DNA of 64,000 bases, from assembly GCA_010093995.1 (NCBI GenBank), contig ML992517.1:324677-388676 (forward strand), given 5' to 3'. Origin of the DNA: Elsinoe ampelina (Eukaryota). Of this stretch, positions 1 through 13,600 are shown piece after piece. Every line of letters starts with the position of its first letter. Position 1 is the stretch's first letter. The notes below the pieces were generated by a model. That model did not search any database. It saw only the letters and a list, made by a program, of their open reading frames with translations, and was not told the origin of the DNA. The position numbers and the translations under genes were made by a program.

Positions 1-1329
1 TAATTAGCTAAGAGTAATATCGATTATAACGGACTACTATATATATAATAAGTAAAGCAATGTCATAGGTTAGAAGGACAATAGAACGCTATATTTTGCT
101 ATAATAGAGAATACTATCTAGTTTAAGGCTATTATCTTATCTAAGATATTACATAGTTTATCTCTTTATATCCTAATAAGGCAACGAGATTAAGGAAAGC
201 ATCTAGCCGAAGCAAGCATAAAGGAGAATAGTCCGGTAGTAGACTAAGTCGAACTAAAAAGTAGTAGGGTAATCTACGCTAAGCTATACCTACTACTAAA
301 CTCTAGAGTTTTAGTTTGTTTACTACGCTTTATCCTTCCTTACCTTTTAACTAAATCGCCCTTTAGAATTACTTATCTATCCTTCTACTATTAATCTATC
401 GAGTCTATTAGTATCTTTCGGCTAGGCTCCTAAGTATAAATATTAATTGTACTAACCTTGTTTCTCTAGCGGCTAATATCTAGACTATAGGATTAAGTAT
501 ATAGGCTTCTCTTATCTATTTAGGTGTTAAAGCATAGTCTTCTAATAGTCTCCCTAACTAGCTAGAGGCTTAAATTAGAAGCTCTCTACTATATATATAC
601 GGAGAAGAGTATAATTACGTTAGTAGCTAGCAAAAGCAATATAGGACCTAGTAGCCTAAATAGCTTAATAGATAGCAACTTCTAGAGGAAGATATTGTAC
701 TTGTTTAGTAGGAAGTAGGCTAATTACAATTAATAGCGAAGGAGAACGTAAGCTTAATTAGACAACTCTAGCGAAAGAATAATATACTTAGGAAGTATAT
801 TAGTAAAGCTTTTTACGCGTTTAGCGTCGCCTCTACGGACCTTACTAGTAGAGTGTTAAGGGGCTTATTCGGATTAAACAAGGGTATACGACGCTATACT
901 AATAGTGCTACTCTACTATTACTATATATAGTTACTAATAGCTAATTAACGCCTGCCCTCTATTACGATATAATTAGTAGAAGATAAGCTACTCTATCTA
1001 GCGTGTCTTATTTAGACACTCTAGACAGCGAGATAGTAAGCGATTAATGCTTTTAGCACTTAGAAGATATACTACTCGGTAAAGGGGGAACTACTAATGT
1101 AATTAATAAGGGAGCTACTATATAAATCGTACTACCTGTCTATATATATAATAGCTAGTTTCTATAGTCTTTCGAATTAGTGTATAATTGCTTAGTCTAA
1201 GTTTAATCTACAATTTCTCTCTATGTATTTCTACTCTAATTATTACTTAACCTAATAATAAATACTATATTTAGTTTAAGTATTTAGTCCAAGTAAGTTT
1301 AAGTAGCTTTCTTTTTTAGTTTAGCTTCT

Positions 1330-3700
1330 AGTAATTAGCACTCCGCGAGTTAGACCTAGCTATAAGTCTAATTTAATACCCTTACTAGTTAAGATTACTT
1401 TAGGGTATAGGTAGATATAACTAATTCTAATTAGAAGAAAGTCGCGTACTCTAAACACCTAACTAAGCTATTATCTAACTTAAACTAACGCTAAATTACT
1501 ATAACGCATATAAGATAACTATCTATCCCTCTTATAGTATATATTATTCCGGCCTGCCTTACTAACTCTCTTATACCTATATATCTCTTTATTAGAACTA
1601 TTATAAACTAAGATATCTTAGGCACGTCGGCGCCTATATAGCTTAGACTATAAGACTAATAAGTATTCCGAAGATAATAATTTAAGTTATTTCGACTAGG
1701 ATAAAGCAGAGTAAAGCTTTAGCATTAAGGGAGACTAAGCTAACTATATAGGCTATAAATACAATATCGAAGATAAAGGAGAAGGTATAAATTAGACATT
1801 GCTACTCTCGATCCGAGTTTAAGGGAGCTATAACCCGACAAGAATAGCCTAACGTTAGCCTCTACGCTAGTTAAGATAGTAAAGTAGAGGCAATAGAATA
1901 TACTAAACTAGTATCTCGACATTTTTGAGGTAGTATATAATAATCTACGTATAAGTATAGCTATTAGAGTAGATTATAATACAATGTTACTAATATTAGA
2001 CGATTAATAGCTACTCCTACGAATTATATAGTACTAGTGCTCGGTCCGTAACTAGCTACTAGTACTTTATCTATAGAGGACTATAGGCAAATACCCTTCT
2101 ATAGTTATAGCTAGTAAGGTAGGTTACGTAGCTAAAGCTAATTACTTATTAATATACATATAGCTCCGAGAGGCGCTCTACTATAGTTATAATAATATTA
2201 TACGAATAGTAAGTAAGATACTCTACTACGAATAGCTAGCTAAAGAGCTAGAGGATAGTAAGCTACTAAATTAGGCACGTAGGCTACTAGAGGAAAGAAA
2301 GTACTAATACAAGGACAGCGATTTAGTACGCGCTAGATATACTTATTAATTAATTACTTATATATAGTAGCGTAAACGCTTTAGGAGTTCTTTAATATAT
2401 AAAGCCTTCCGAGCAGCCTTTATTAGACATATAGGCTTAGCTATAATAGCTAGCACTTGCTATTACTTTAATAAACTAATACTCTTTTTTATTTTCTCTC
2501 TCCTAGTAACGATTTATATACTCTTAGTTAAGTAAGTAAATAGGGTCAAGTTCTACTTACCTAAGGGAATACTAGTATTTAAACATATAGAACCTTTAGA
2601 ACTTAATTATGTCTAACTAAGCATTTAGAATAACTTTCTAGCGTAGATTAGCCTAAGATAGGTTCTTATCCTTTGTTAGCTAAAACTTAGCTTCGCTAAG
2701 TGCGTTAAGAGGAATAGACTTACTATCGTAATAGTAGTATTAAATATATCTCTTTACGCTAATACTATAGAGAGACTATTAGATAGAGAAGATACAAGGG
2801 AAAGGTGTATATATACCTTCTCGTTTTAGTTCGGCCTACCTAACTTTAAACTAACTTATAGAGAAGTTAGGTATATAATAACAGGCCTAATAGCGGGGGT
2901 AATAGCTATTATATAGCACTAGTATAAAATGCTTCTACCAAGCACCTTTTAAGAGGTAAGCTTAATTCTTCTATTAGCTTCTTAAGTTTAATACTAATAG
3001 ATCGAGAAGAGCGTCTAATTAAGGCTAAATGCTCTATTATAGCGTATTAAGGTACTACTTAGTTCGCGTATAGGAGCGAAGTACTAAATCGCTCTATAGC
3101 AACTCCTATAACAGAAGTATAGCTAGCGTAGATACCTAACATAGACAGTAACCTTGTCGTGACTTTAACTACTACTAAACTAAGTTAGGTTGTAGTTAGT
3201 ATATACAAGGATTAATAGACTTAATAGCGACATTTACCCGGGCTACTTAATTATACACGTGCTATACTGTCCTAAGATAGACAACTTAATAGCGATTTAC
3301 TAGCGGTTAAGGCGTAGTAGAAGGATTTCTTAGGTACATAGACGTAGATAAACTTTTTGTCCTTTACACGTAAGAAGTTTAGAGGCCTACTACGTAAACT
3401 AGTCTTGTAGTACCGAATCGGCCTAAAGTATAGTAGTAGTATCTTAGACATTAAGGAGGATAGACATCCGCTAGATAGAGATACTTTTATAGAACTAAGG
3501 GATAAGGATATAGAATTATAAGAAGATAGTATATATATCGTTATTAAGAGTAGCGTTAGGTAGAACATAAAGTAATATATATATTCTAGCGACCTTGTAT
3601 AATTTTCTAGACGTAGTAGACGAATTATAAGGTCTATATAATATATAGACATATATAATATATACTACAAAGTAAGCTACGTAATAGAATATTTCTATAA
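1330..3700 (+). pseudogene. RIP-inactivated RecQ/SF2-like helicase ORF of a mobile element
   Basis: Stop-riddled translation keeps TIVIVV(L/P)NISL at ~2722 (motif Ia-like) and Y*RLRRSRR at 3298-3324, which de-RIPs to YQRxGRGGR (motif VI-like); boundaries approximate. Confidence 0.5.
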
Positions 3701-3999
3701 TTAATATTATTAAGCTTATAGAGTAGACACGAACTAATTACTTCGCGAACTAAGAAACGCTTAAACTAAGATAAGAGATATACGTAGTGCGCTATCTACT
3801 ATTAGGCCGTCTTTATTTGCTACGCATTAGAGGTTTTTAGATTTCTGCGGGGAAAAACTATATTACTTCTAAGCAGGACCTAGGGGTGACTAGGGAATTA
3901 CATTGAACTAAGTTAAACTAAGTTAGTTACTTAGAAGTAGTCTAATATAGCTCCCTAGCGTTAGGGATTTTGTAACGTAAGTATATAAGAGAACTTATA

Positions 4000-6635
4000 T
4001 ATTAACTAAGTACTATAGGAGACTAGCTTAAACTTCTCCTAATTTAGCTTAAAGTCTAACCTAAGAGCTAGTAGTTAATATAGTCTAGCTCGTCCTAACT
4101 TAGTAGCTAAACTAGAACTTAGTTTACGAGTTAAACTAGAACTAAACTAGTTCTAAACTAGAGTAGGAGCTCTACTAAGCTAGATTTCTAGATCTAAGCC
4201 TAGCTTAGATCTAGATCTTAGCCTTTTAATTAGCTATAGTAGCTTCTATTTAATAATAACTAGTAAAAGCTCTTCTTTATAAGTAACTTAGCTATACTTA
4301 TAATCGATAGTAGTCTTATTAGCCTTAAGCTAGCCGAGGCTAAGAATAATATTAAATTAGCTAATATCTATAATATAGAAGGTAGTAAGAGCGTTTAGCT
4401 TACTAGAAATAGTAGTAGTAAGAGAGATACTATATATAACTTATTCTATTAAAATACTATTATAAGCTTAAAGCTAAATAGAGCTAGCTAACGCTATAGA
4501 GTAGCTAAAACTCTTTAGCTTATTAAGGATATTATAATTAACTATAGCGCCGATAAGTATACTAGTATTAATAAAGACTTAGAGTATAATAGTATAAGAG
4601 TAGTTATAGAGATTATAGATTATAATAGGAGTTATAATAGTAAGGATATAATAGCTAATAACGCTATTTATTAACTATATACCTCCTCTAGATCTATCTT
4701 AAATTACTCTTATTCTACTAGAGAATAAGACTTATTCTTTAGCTACTTATTTCTCTAGCTAGATAGGCTAGTAGACTTATAATCTATTTTAAGGTCGAAC
4801 TAGAAGTAAACTAGATCTAGTTTATAAGCTAAACTAGTATTAACTTAGTTACTTAACTTAGCTAAGTAATTCTAGAGCTACTATATCTCCTTAATAGTAC
4901 TAATATATATAGAGTATATAGTAGTATAAGTAGCCTTCTCTAAGGCGCTAGCTATATACTTAGTAGAGATATAGCTAGGCTTACTATATATGTAATAGAT
5001 AAGTATCTAAGTTAGATAGAAAGGCTATAGAGCGCCTCTAGTAATAGAGTAGAAGGTAGCTAGAGTAATAGGTATAGAGGTAGAATAAGCTATATAAGTT
5101 AGTATAGTAGTAGTATAGCTTATAGCTAGTATAGAGCGTAAGGCTTAAGTATACTTAGTAATAAAGTTACTTTATTAAATGTTATAGTTAGTAGTATAGG
5201 CCTTTATAATAAAGGTAAAGAGGCTATTAGTATTAAAATTAATAAGGGTAGTACGTAACTTACTAAATATCTTCTAGTAAAGCTAGTAGAGCTATTTATT
5301 ATTAGTAATCTTAGCGCAAAGAGCGTACTTATTAAACTTACTAATAAAGAAGTTAAAGAGAGTATTACGCTAAAAGAGACTAGTAAACTAAGTATATACT
5401 ATAGCCTTATAGTTAGGGTTCTTAAAGCGTTAAGCTAGAAGAGTAAGAACCTTATTAACACTAATAATATTATTACTAGTAGTATCTATAATAAGAGTAT
5501 AGACTTCTCTAGTAAGGTAGAAGTATAAGTAGGTAAACTTAGTAGCCTTAGTTAGATAGTAGTCTAAGTTAGTATATATCTTATTCTTTATCTAGTACTT
5601 AAAGACCTTAAACTACTCTAGAGTACTACTACTAAATATAGTAGAGTCTAGTATCTTTTCTAATAAGGCTAGGCTATATAATAAGAGAGCTAGTATACTA
5701 CGTTCTATTTTAGCTCTTAGTTAGGCTAGTTCGGCTCTAAGTTTAGCATTATTAGTAATCTAATAGGTAGACTAAGTAGTAACGTTATTAGTAATACTAT
5801 TAGTAGTATCTAGTTTAAGTAGAGTATTATCTAACTAGTTATATAGATTAAGAGCGTTAGTATATATAGAGTTACGTATAGTAATCTATTTATTATAAGT
5901 AGATTTAATAAAAGTAAAAGCTTTACATAGAATAGTTATACTATCTATCTCTTATAGCCTCTTCTTAAGGTTAGTATTACTAAGGTAGATAAGGTTGTAA
6001 TAGGCTAACTAGACTAACTTATTATTATTAATAGAGAGTAGAGAGATCTTACTTACGTAGTAGTCGTCGCTATTACTAGAGTTAGAACGAGCTATACTTA
6101 GTAAGGTTAGTTATAGAAGAAATAGTATAAAAAGTTAATACGTAATAAAGGAGATATTAAAAATTCTAGCTAGTAGCCTACTTCCTTTAAGAGTTATCTA
6201 TAACCTAACTTATTACCTTCTTCTTATCTTTATAGTATTAACCTATATAGTAATAGCAAGGATCTATTATAGTATATATAGGAACTATAGTTATAATAGC
6301 TTCTTCTTTAATTCTTTAGTTCTTTATAGATAGTAGTTATTAGTAGTTACGCGAGTAGTAGAATAACTAGATAGTTTAATAGCTCTATTACTTAGTCGTA
6401 GTTATATAAAGTCTCGATATAGTAATCTTAACTAGTAAGATAAGAAGTTAATTATATCTATTTATTAAGATATTAAGACTTAGAAGAAGAAGAAGAAAGC
6501 TAGTATATAAAGTATATATAATATTAAGAGTAGAGTAGCTAGAAGTCTAGGCTATAATACTAAGATTATATAACTAATCTAAACTAGATCCTAACTAAAT
6601 CTAGTTCGTATCTAGTTTATATCTATCTTATATTA
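4000..6635 (-). mobile_element. RIP-degenerate copia-like LTR retrotransposon remnant with probable 5' LTR at 6430-6635
   Basis: Minus-strand relic motifs resembling LWHxRLGH (~5560-5600) and LRVFG..YV (LHIYS/GKPS/GY ~4970-5010); adjacent 206-bp segment recurs at 17765-17962. Confidence 0.45.
6430..6635. repeat. LTR-like dispersed repeat, copy 1
   Basis: aactagtaagataagaagttaattat...ctatcttatatta aligns along its length with 17765-17962 in direct orientation. Confidence 0.85.
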
Positions 6636-7626
6636 ATAGTAAGAATATTATAATTCTACTTCTATTTTATTAAAGTAGTAAGCTAACTACTATATATATA
6701 ATCTATAAGTAGTATTTACTCTCTAGGCTTATAACCTATTAAGTAGAAAGGCTCTTATAGAGTAGTATATTATATAGAACTAAGGTCTATACTTATTAAA
6801 CAATAGAAGACTTAATTATTAACTAAGGTTAGTTAGTTCTATCTACTAGAAATAATAGCTATATACTCTATAGCCTTAGTATTATATAACTTATAGTTAT
6901 ATAATTCTACTATAGTATCTATTAAGCTATTATTATAGACTAAGAAGTAAGTTACTAAACTTATTATTATTATTATAAAGATATTAAGAATATAGATAGT
7001 ATTATATTATTTATAATTCTATTAATAAACTATTCTTATATAAATATAATATTATACTATAGAAGCTATTATAGACTATAGATATATATACTATATATAT
7101 TACTATATCTTTAAAACTTCTATAGAAGCTAGAACTACTTTTAATATATATAACTCTATATAAGTAAAACTTAATATACTCTTAACTATAAATTAAACAT
7201 TCTCTAGTAGTAATTACTAATATTATAGTATAGAGTACTTCTTATTATTAAGTAGATATACTTAAGTCTTATTACTATTATTATATTAAAGTAGCTAGTC
7301 TAGTATATTATAAGTACTTAATTACTATATTAGTTATCTATAATACTATCTATATATTCTAATACCTCTTTATAATAATAGCTATAAGTTAGATAATCTA
7401 TATCTTAGCCTATAATAGTAGTATAGAGTAATAGATAGTATTCTTCTATAATTAATAACTATAATTAATCTACTATAGTAATTATATATAATAATTATTA
7501 ATAATTACTAATTATCTACTCTATACTCTTAGTAACTTACTAAGTAAACTATTCTAACTTATAATCTATCTCTAAACTACTATAGAGTAAACTATCTCTA
7601 CTTTACCTTTATATAGTTTACTAAGA

Positions 7627-7700
7627 GAGTAGAGTAGATTAGAGGTATAGTAAAGTAGGTTACTATAACTCTAATCTACTCTACTCTACTAACTACTCTA
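7627..7700. mobile_element. hAT-like terminus with subterminal hairpin
   Basis: Inverted arms gagtagagtagattagag (7627-7644) / ctctaatctactctactc (7669-7686); end ctactaactactcta is the reverse complement of tagagtagttagtag, the left TIR of the hAT at 32276. Confidence 0.55.
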
Positions 7701-8230
7701 CTTAACTCTCTAGTCTAAGGCGAAGTCTAGAGCTTTATTAAGAAGAATTAGTCTAAGATCTATAAGAAACTAAGTAGTAATATAGTAGTACTAGATTAAT
7801 ATCTTAGAATAAGCCTAATAAAGTATATAAGCTTAGAGATTAAGAAGAATATTAAGAACTATTTTAAGGACAAGGATTAGAAGAGTTTCGATAGAGAGTT
7901 AAGTATAGTATTAGATACGATTAAGAGGCTAGTAGAGTATAGGAAGCGAGATAGTAGAGTAATTAAGGAGTAGCTAGACGTAAGGGGATATAAGTAGATA
8001 GTAGTAAGTAGCATCTCTACGACAACGCAGCTAGGCTAAGTATTAATAATATTCTATTTAGAATAGCACATGCTCCTTGTGACGAGGTCATTCACCCTTG
8101 GCAAGGATAGAGCGGTCAATGAGACTGATTGGAATACTTGCTGTATAGTATACTAGAACCCCGTCCCTCATATCCGCAGTGATCTATGCGACCGCCAAGC
8201 TGACTCTGTGTTATCTCTGCCCTCCAGCCA

Positions 8231-9025
8231 TCACTTGTAAGCCCAAGCTAGATCGTCTTCCTTCTCAGCATCTCCACCTTCCTCGTTGCCACTCTGCGCC
8301 GGGCGTGCAGGACGTTTGTACTTCCCGCTCTTGTTCCTTCCCTTCCTACCCTTTCTCCCCTTCTTCTTCTGAGGCTCAGTCTTGCTGTCATCTTCGGCTT
8401 GGCGTTTGGGCTGGAAGATCTTACCACCGTCGTCCTTGTTGATCCCAGAGGTACTGTCTGCAGTGTCCTTCGCTTTCTGACGCTCTGGCTGGTCAGATGT
8501 GCTGCCCTCAGGCTGGCCGGGAATGCGACTGTCGGGCTGGTCGGATTTGCTGCTTTTGGGCTGGTCGGAGTCGTGACTGTCGATGCTGGGAGGGTCCGCT
8601 GCAATCGGACCAGAAGCCAGCTTTGCCTCTTCATCCTCCAGCTGCTTCTTGACCTTCTCCACCTCATGGGTAATCTTGGTGCAGAGATCGGCATCACCTG
8701 GCTCGGAGGAGGAGATCCGCATTCGAGCTGTAAGATGACCCAACAGAACCAGCATATCTCTGATGATTTGATTCTTGACGGTGACTTGCTCCTGCAGCTG
8801 GCGCCTGTATTTGGCTCGGTCCTCCTCGCGCGCATGCTGGGCGGACTGGCGCTCGATACCCCATTGCTGCATTGCCGCGCCGTGCTCTGCGTCGTACGTA
8901 CGTTTCAACGACAGAACTTCCTGCTTGTAAATACCCCTCATCAATGCACTATCTCGATTGTGCTGCTGTGCCTGTGTTGCCAGCCTCTCTTCGAGCGCGG
9001 CCAATTTCTGCTCCATTTCCTCCAT
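8231..9025 (-). CDS. Hypothetical 264-aa coiled-coil protein with acidic/basic low-complexity tail
   Basis: Open frame from MEEMEQKLAALEERL; heptad-rich N-half, KKKGRKGRKGRNK basic tail; upstream in-frame extension to 9262 looks non-coding. Confidence 0.6.
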   Translation of the reverse strand: MEEMEQKLAALEERLATQAQQHNRDSALMRGIYKQEVLSLKRTYDAEHGAAMQQWGIERQSAQHAREEDRAKYRRQLQEQVTVKNQIIRDMLVLLGHLTARMRISSSEPGDADLCTKITHEVEKVKKQLEDEEAKLASGPIAADPPSIDSHDSDQPKSSKSDQPDSRIPGQPEGSTSDQPERQKAKDTADSTSGINKDDGGKIFQPKRQAEDDSKTEPQKKKGRKGRKGRNKSGKYKRPARPAQSGNEEGGDAEKEDDLAWAYK

Positions 9026-10660
9026 GCTATCGGAATTTGGTGATGTGGGACGGCGTGAAAGGTAATACAAGCTTGGATAAAAGTGAAGCGAAGGGTAAAG
9101 GTGAATAAAGAGGGATGTGATGACAAAGTAAGAGAGTAGGGTGCTGCGGAGTGTACAGCAAAAGAAAAGCGCCACCCGATTGGTTGGAAGACAGACGGCT
9201 CGGTAAGTTGCAGGCCACAAAGTTGGGTCAAACGCCACATTAGACAAGCATCGTATGACCAAACGAACAGATCAGCATGAGCATAGCCTGCGAGGAGAAA
9301 ACAACAGTTCCGAAGCTCTCGCTGCAGGGGACATGTGCCGTCCAGCCTGGCAGGTATCATAATGCTTGCAGGCTGACGTATTCCGGCATGGAATGCCAGA
9401 CAGATGGTACGCTTGAGAGGCATAAACGCGGGCATAGTACTGCATTAGCGCTAAGCGCTCGTTTGGCGCGAGATTGGATCTTGCTGCGTTATTTGTCATC
9501 TACCCACATCACTGAGACCTTTGTAGTACCATCGGAGGCAGGAAGCCCGCGTAAAGCGCTAACAGAGCGAGGTCGGATGTTCTTCTTGTCCAAGCGTGTC
9601 GTTGCAGCGGTCTTGGACGACAAAACATGAAGTCGGAGATATACTGAAGCCGGTGAAGCTCACTGAGCTAGCCGCATTGGGAGAACGTCAGTGCTTCCCG
9701 CTCTCACCTCCATCCGCTGTCTGGGCAATCTTTGTCGCCAACATCGTTCTAGTTGTACCTCCAGCGAGATGATCCGTCGCTCGGTCACTGGTAGAGTGAC
9801 GCGGAACTCTACTCTATCATGCTGTTTTCATTTGTGCAGCGGAAGATGCTGTCTCCCACCCACTCACGAACATGCGTGGCACACAACACTCATGCACCTC
9901 CGATACCACCCATGACGTTCGACATGCATCTCGTTTGTCCTGTCTGAGCTGCAGGCCATCGCTCGTGCCTATTGGATGTCGTCTAGGAGCTGAAAGGCCC
10001 ATTGCCAGGTTCATGCATGGTTGTCTATCAACGTCACTCGCTTGAAAACGATTACTGACCGCCTCGATGCTAGGGCCAGAACGGGGTTACTGACTTGTAC
10101 GATCGTCGTAGGATAATCGGTCGTGAGAACGACATGGTCCCATTGATGTGTCTCTCTGAGGCTGAACATCTCCCATTAATGCCGTGAGAACTTGAGTCCT
10201 TCGTGTTGAGCTTCGATGATTCACTGCAAATAGAACAACTGTGAGTGGAGATTATCTTTTTGCCTCTGTTTCGCGGTCGCCGGTTTCACGATTGTCACTG
10301 GCTCCGCCACCGCGGTTCAAGGTGCTTAGCGCCAGTGCACGCTCCCGCCCGTCCTAGCTGGCGGAGCTTTCGTGAATGGGACATGTACTTCTACCCTTCA
10401 CCCGCCTCTCGAACGTGGTTTTCCATCGTCATCCGCTCCACGATCCCACACGCCTCGCTATCACACAAAGCCGTACAATCTCAAATCGTCTCCTGGCCAC
10501 CTTTCACCATCTCAGTGCTCTCAATTGACCTTTCCATCAGAGCTCTTAACTTATCGAGCTGTCTGACGACTGTCACACTGCTCCTCCACGGCGTTGCCAG
10601 CTTCTTCCAAGCAACGGCGACACTACCTCCACTCCGAAGCACAACTGCAGCACCGCCGCC

Positions 10661-13600
10661 ATGGCCGATCCGCCTCCTGACGATGGAAATCCATCCGGTC
10701 CGGGCGCCGCCGCCAATGGCGAAGAAGGTGGCGCAGGACTGAACGAAACCGTGCAGCTGCTGCAAAGAGTGCAGCAAGACATCGCCAAGTTGGGTCAGAG
10801 TGGCATTTTCCAGCTACTTTCACCACTGGCCACACCACCGCAACCTACCCCACCACAGCCCACACCGCAGCCGGTCACCCAACAAGACGAGTCATCCAAG
10901 AGGAGAATCTCATCCAAAAAAGACAAGACAGCCTCCACCGACACAAAGAAACAGAAGATAGGACAGAACCAGGGGCAGAGTCGTGAACAGCTGCAGGGCA
11001 GATCATACCTACCACATTCTTCGCCGACGCCCGGAGCTGACAAAGGCACTTCCTCATCCTCCGGTTCTGGTAGTACTGTCTCACTGCCAGAAAGAATGAA
11101 GAAGGAGATCAAGACACCGGTCCGTCCAAGGAAGCTCGCAGAACCCCGGACCCCACTCATGCGAAGTACCGCCAGCCTTCCTGTCAGAAGTGTGGGAGGT
11201 CGATACATCAAGCACCCCTCCCAGAACCCCGACGCAGTGTACACACAGCCATACACCCTCCGCCAGCCATTCCCTGAGGTCGAGGCTGATAGACTTACCC
11301 GCAAGAGCCCCTACCACATCGACCAGCCATTCGCCGACGTCGCTGATGGGGCAGGGTCTTCCTTTGAGCCTGGCCTGCAGCAGCAAGGGCAAGCCAGGCA
11401 GTTGGCCAGCGCTGAGCCTTATATGGAGCATGGGGCAGAGCGTATCTCACAGGCGCAGACAGTGCCAGCGGGACTCCAGCAGACTGAGCCAGCAGGACAA
11501 CCAGGCATCAGCTCCACGGTCAACGCTGCAGGGGTGCACTCGTCTTCGCACACGATGCTGCGAAGACTTGAGCCAATCGCTGAGCTTCCCACCTCCGTCG
11601 GCGCTTCACAAAGCGTACCAGGTTCGATGTACGGCCCTTCAGCGTTCAGACAACAGCCTCGATGGTCGTGGCAGCATGGCCGGTTTGTCACTCCTCAGCA
11701 GGGCCAAAGCTATTATCAGACTTCTGATCCCAGCATGAGATGGACTCCCACTCCAAGCATGCCCGTTGATCCCCCCTATCCGTACCGATACACAAGCTCG
11801 CCAGGACCACAGCAAGCTCCCGGATACTTCCCGGCTGCCCAGCAGGAAGATGTCTTTCAAGTGCATCCTCAGGACAACATTCAGCAGGCACCTGTCGCCA
11901 ATATGTCAGGTGACCAAGATCTTCACTCCCCGAGAGTTCAGTTCTCTACCGGACCTGACCTGGTCGATCCCTTGAATCTTGGTCGTGATTGGCAGGCTTC
12001 CGACATCCCGATGCTCACCGAAGAACAGCAACGCTTGTTGGATGGGATGACCCCGATACCATTTGACAGCTTCGACGACCACGAGACCGCTTATGGCCAA
12101 GCTGCCCAAATGGATGGGATCATGTCTTCAACAGAAGATCGTCCGGCCTCGCCTAAGAACTTTGCGCCTCCCTCACCTGGACATGACTCTGAGGACGACC
12201 TTTTCATGAAGCCTTACACTCCCGAACCTGACCAGGAGTGGCTGCCCGCCATCAAATCTGCGTCAGCCCCGCCGTCGCCTGGAGCGGCTTCTGATACAGA
12301 GGCGGCAGTCGCCCAACAGGCACCACGCCGAAGGGGTCGACCGAGATTGTCCACTGAGAACAAGTTACGTGTGAAGAAGTACGTGGAGGAAGAGGTGAAT
12401 GTCCCAAGACCTCCAACTCCTGTGGTTGGAGAGGACACCATCGATCAGGAGAAAGAGTGGCCGTACCTCAAGGCGAAGGCGGAGTACAACCTGTCTGATT
12501 TCACTAAGCCTTCCGAGAAGCAGTTCGCCAGATTGATCCTTCGCATCATCGATCGTGCCGAACGCGACTCAGATATGGCAAACAAGCAAGCGGCCGACGA
12601 TCCAGCGACAACTCGAGACCGATCTACCACCGACGTAGCTGCAACAACGGTGATCGATGAGAACACACCAGAGATCAAGCAAAAGGTGACAGCGGCGACT
12701 TTCCTGTACCCTGCATTCGATCATGGTACCCGGAAGACCCGGTGTATTGACTTGATCCGACTGTCGCCGGAGATCTGGCTCCATGACACGTCCATCGAAG
12801 CTTTGGTCAGCCCAATGGCACATCACCAGTCAGACGTCTATTTCATTACTTCGGGCGAGCTAGTCTGGATGTTACCAGACCCACTGCAATACGAAACCAC
12901 CGACGATTGGCGAGAAGGGCTGCTGAAGCAAGTCAAAGAGTACACGGATACTTGGCTGACGTCCACCGGCTTGATCAAAAGGCGACTGACCATCGGTCCC
13001 CTCGTCACCAAAGTTGTGGCAGTCTATAACCATGATGGGTCACATTGGACGACCATCGTCGTTGATCTGGTGAACGGTACTGTGACTGAACTGGATTCCC
13101 TCGATTCGAAGAGGAGAAAGAACAATGCGGAATTCGTTCTGTCGAATTTCGCAGAGTACATCGCCCTCCGAGCCGGCCGCCCGCGCGCTGCCCGATTCTG
13201 GCGAACTTCTTACGATTCTTCAAGCCGTCAGGCGAACTCCTGCGATTGCGGTGCTTTCACAGCACTTCATGCTCGAGAGATCATGCTTGGCCTTCCGATC
13301 AGCAAGCCCGGTCTGGAGCATCTCCCGCCTGGGATGGATGAAGGAGTGACAAGATTCGAAGACTTGAGCCGCGAAGCTAAGACACTGGCGAGGCACAACT
13401 ACGGCCTTCAAGTAAGATGGGATCTCCTACGCACCCAAGCTCGTCTAATCCTTGGCGACTTGCCGGACGAAGTCCTTGAGCTGGACAGGCAAGTTGGACC
13501 TCATACGACATTCACGATCCGCCGAACTGTGGACGAAGATAGTACAAGCGACGAGGAGGAAGTGGATGAGAAGCATTTCGACACCACAGAGCAGCTCTTG

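Larger units (their letters stand above)
1..8070. repeat. AT-rich RIP-degenerated transposon block (several elements)
   Basis: Very AT-rich, TpA abundant and CpA/TpG depleted, frames full of TAG/TAA where CAG/CAA/TGG expected; sharp switch to normal GC at ~8070. Confidence 0.9.

Noticed and set aside
3272..3652. 126-aa minus-strand ORF
   Set aside because: L/I/Y/S-rich chance ORF antisense to a RIPed relic
9030..10660. Several short ORFs between the two island genes
   Set aside because: No recognisable motifs or splice structure; treated as intergenic
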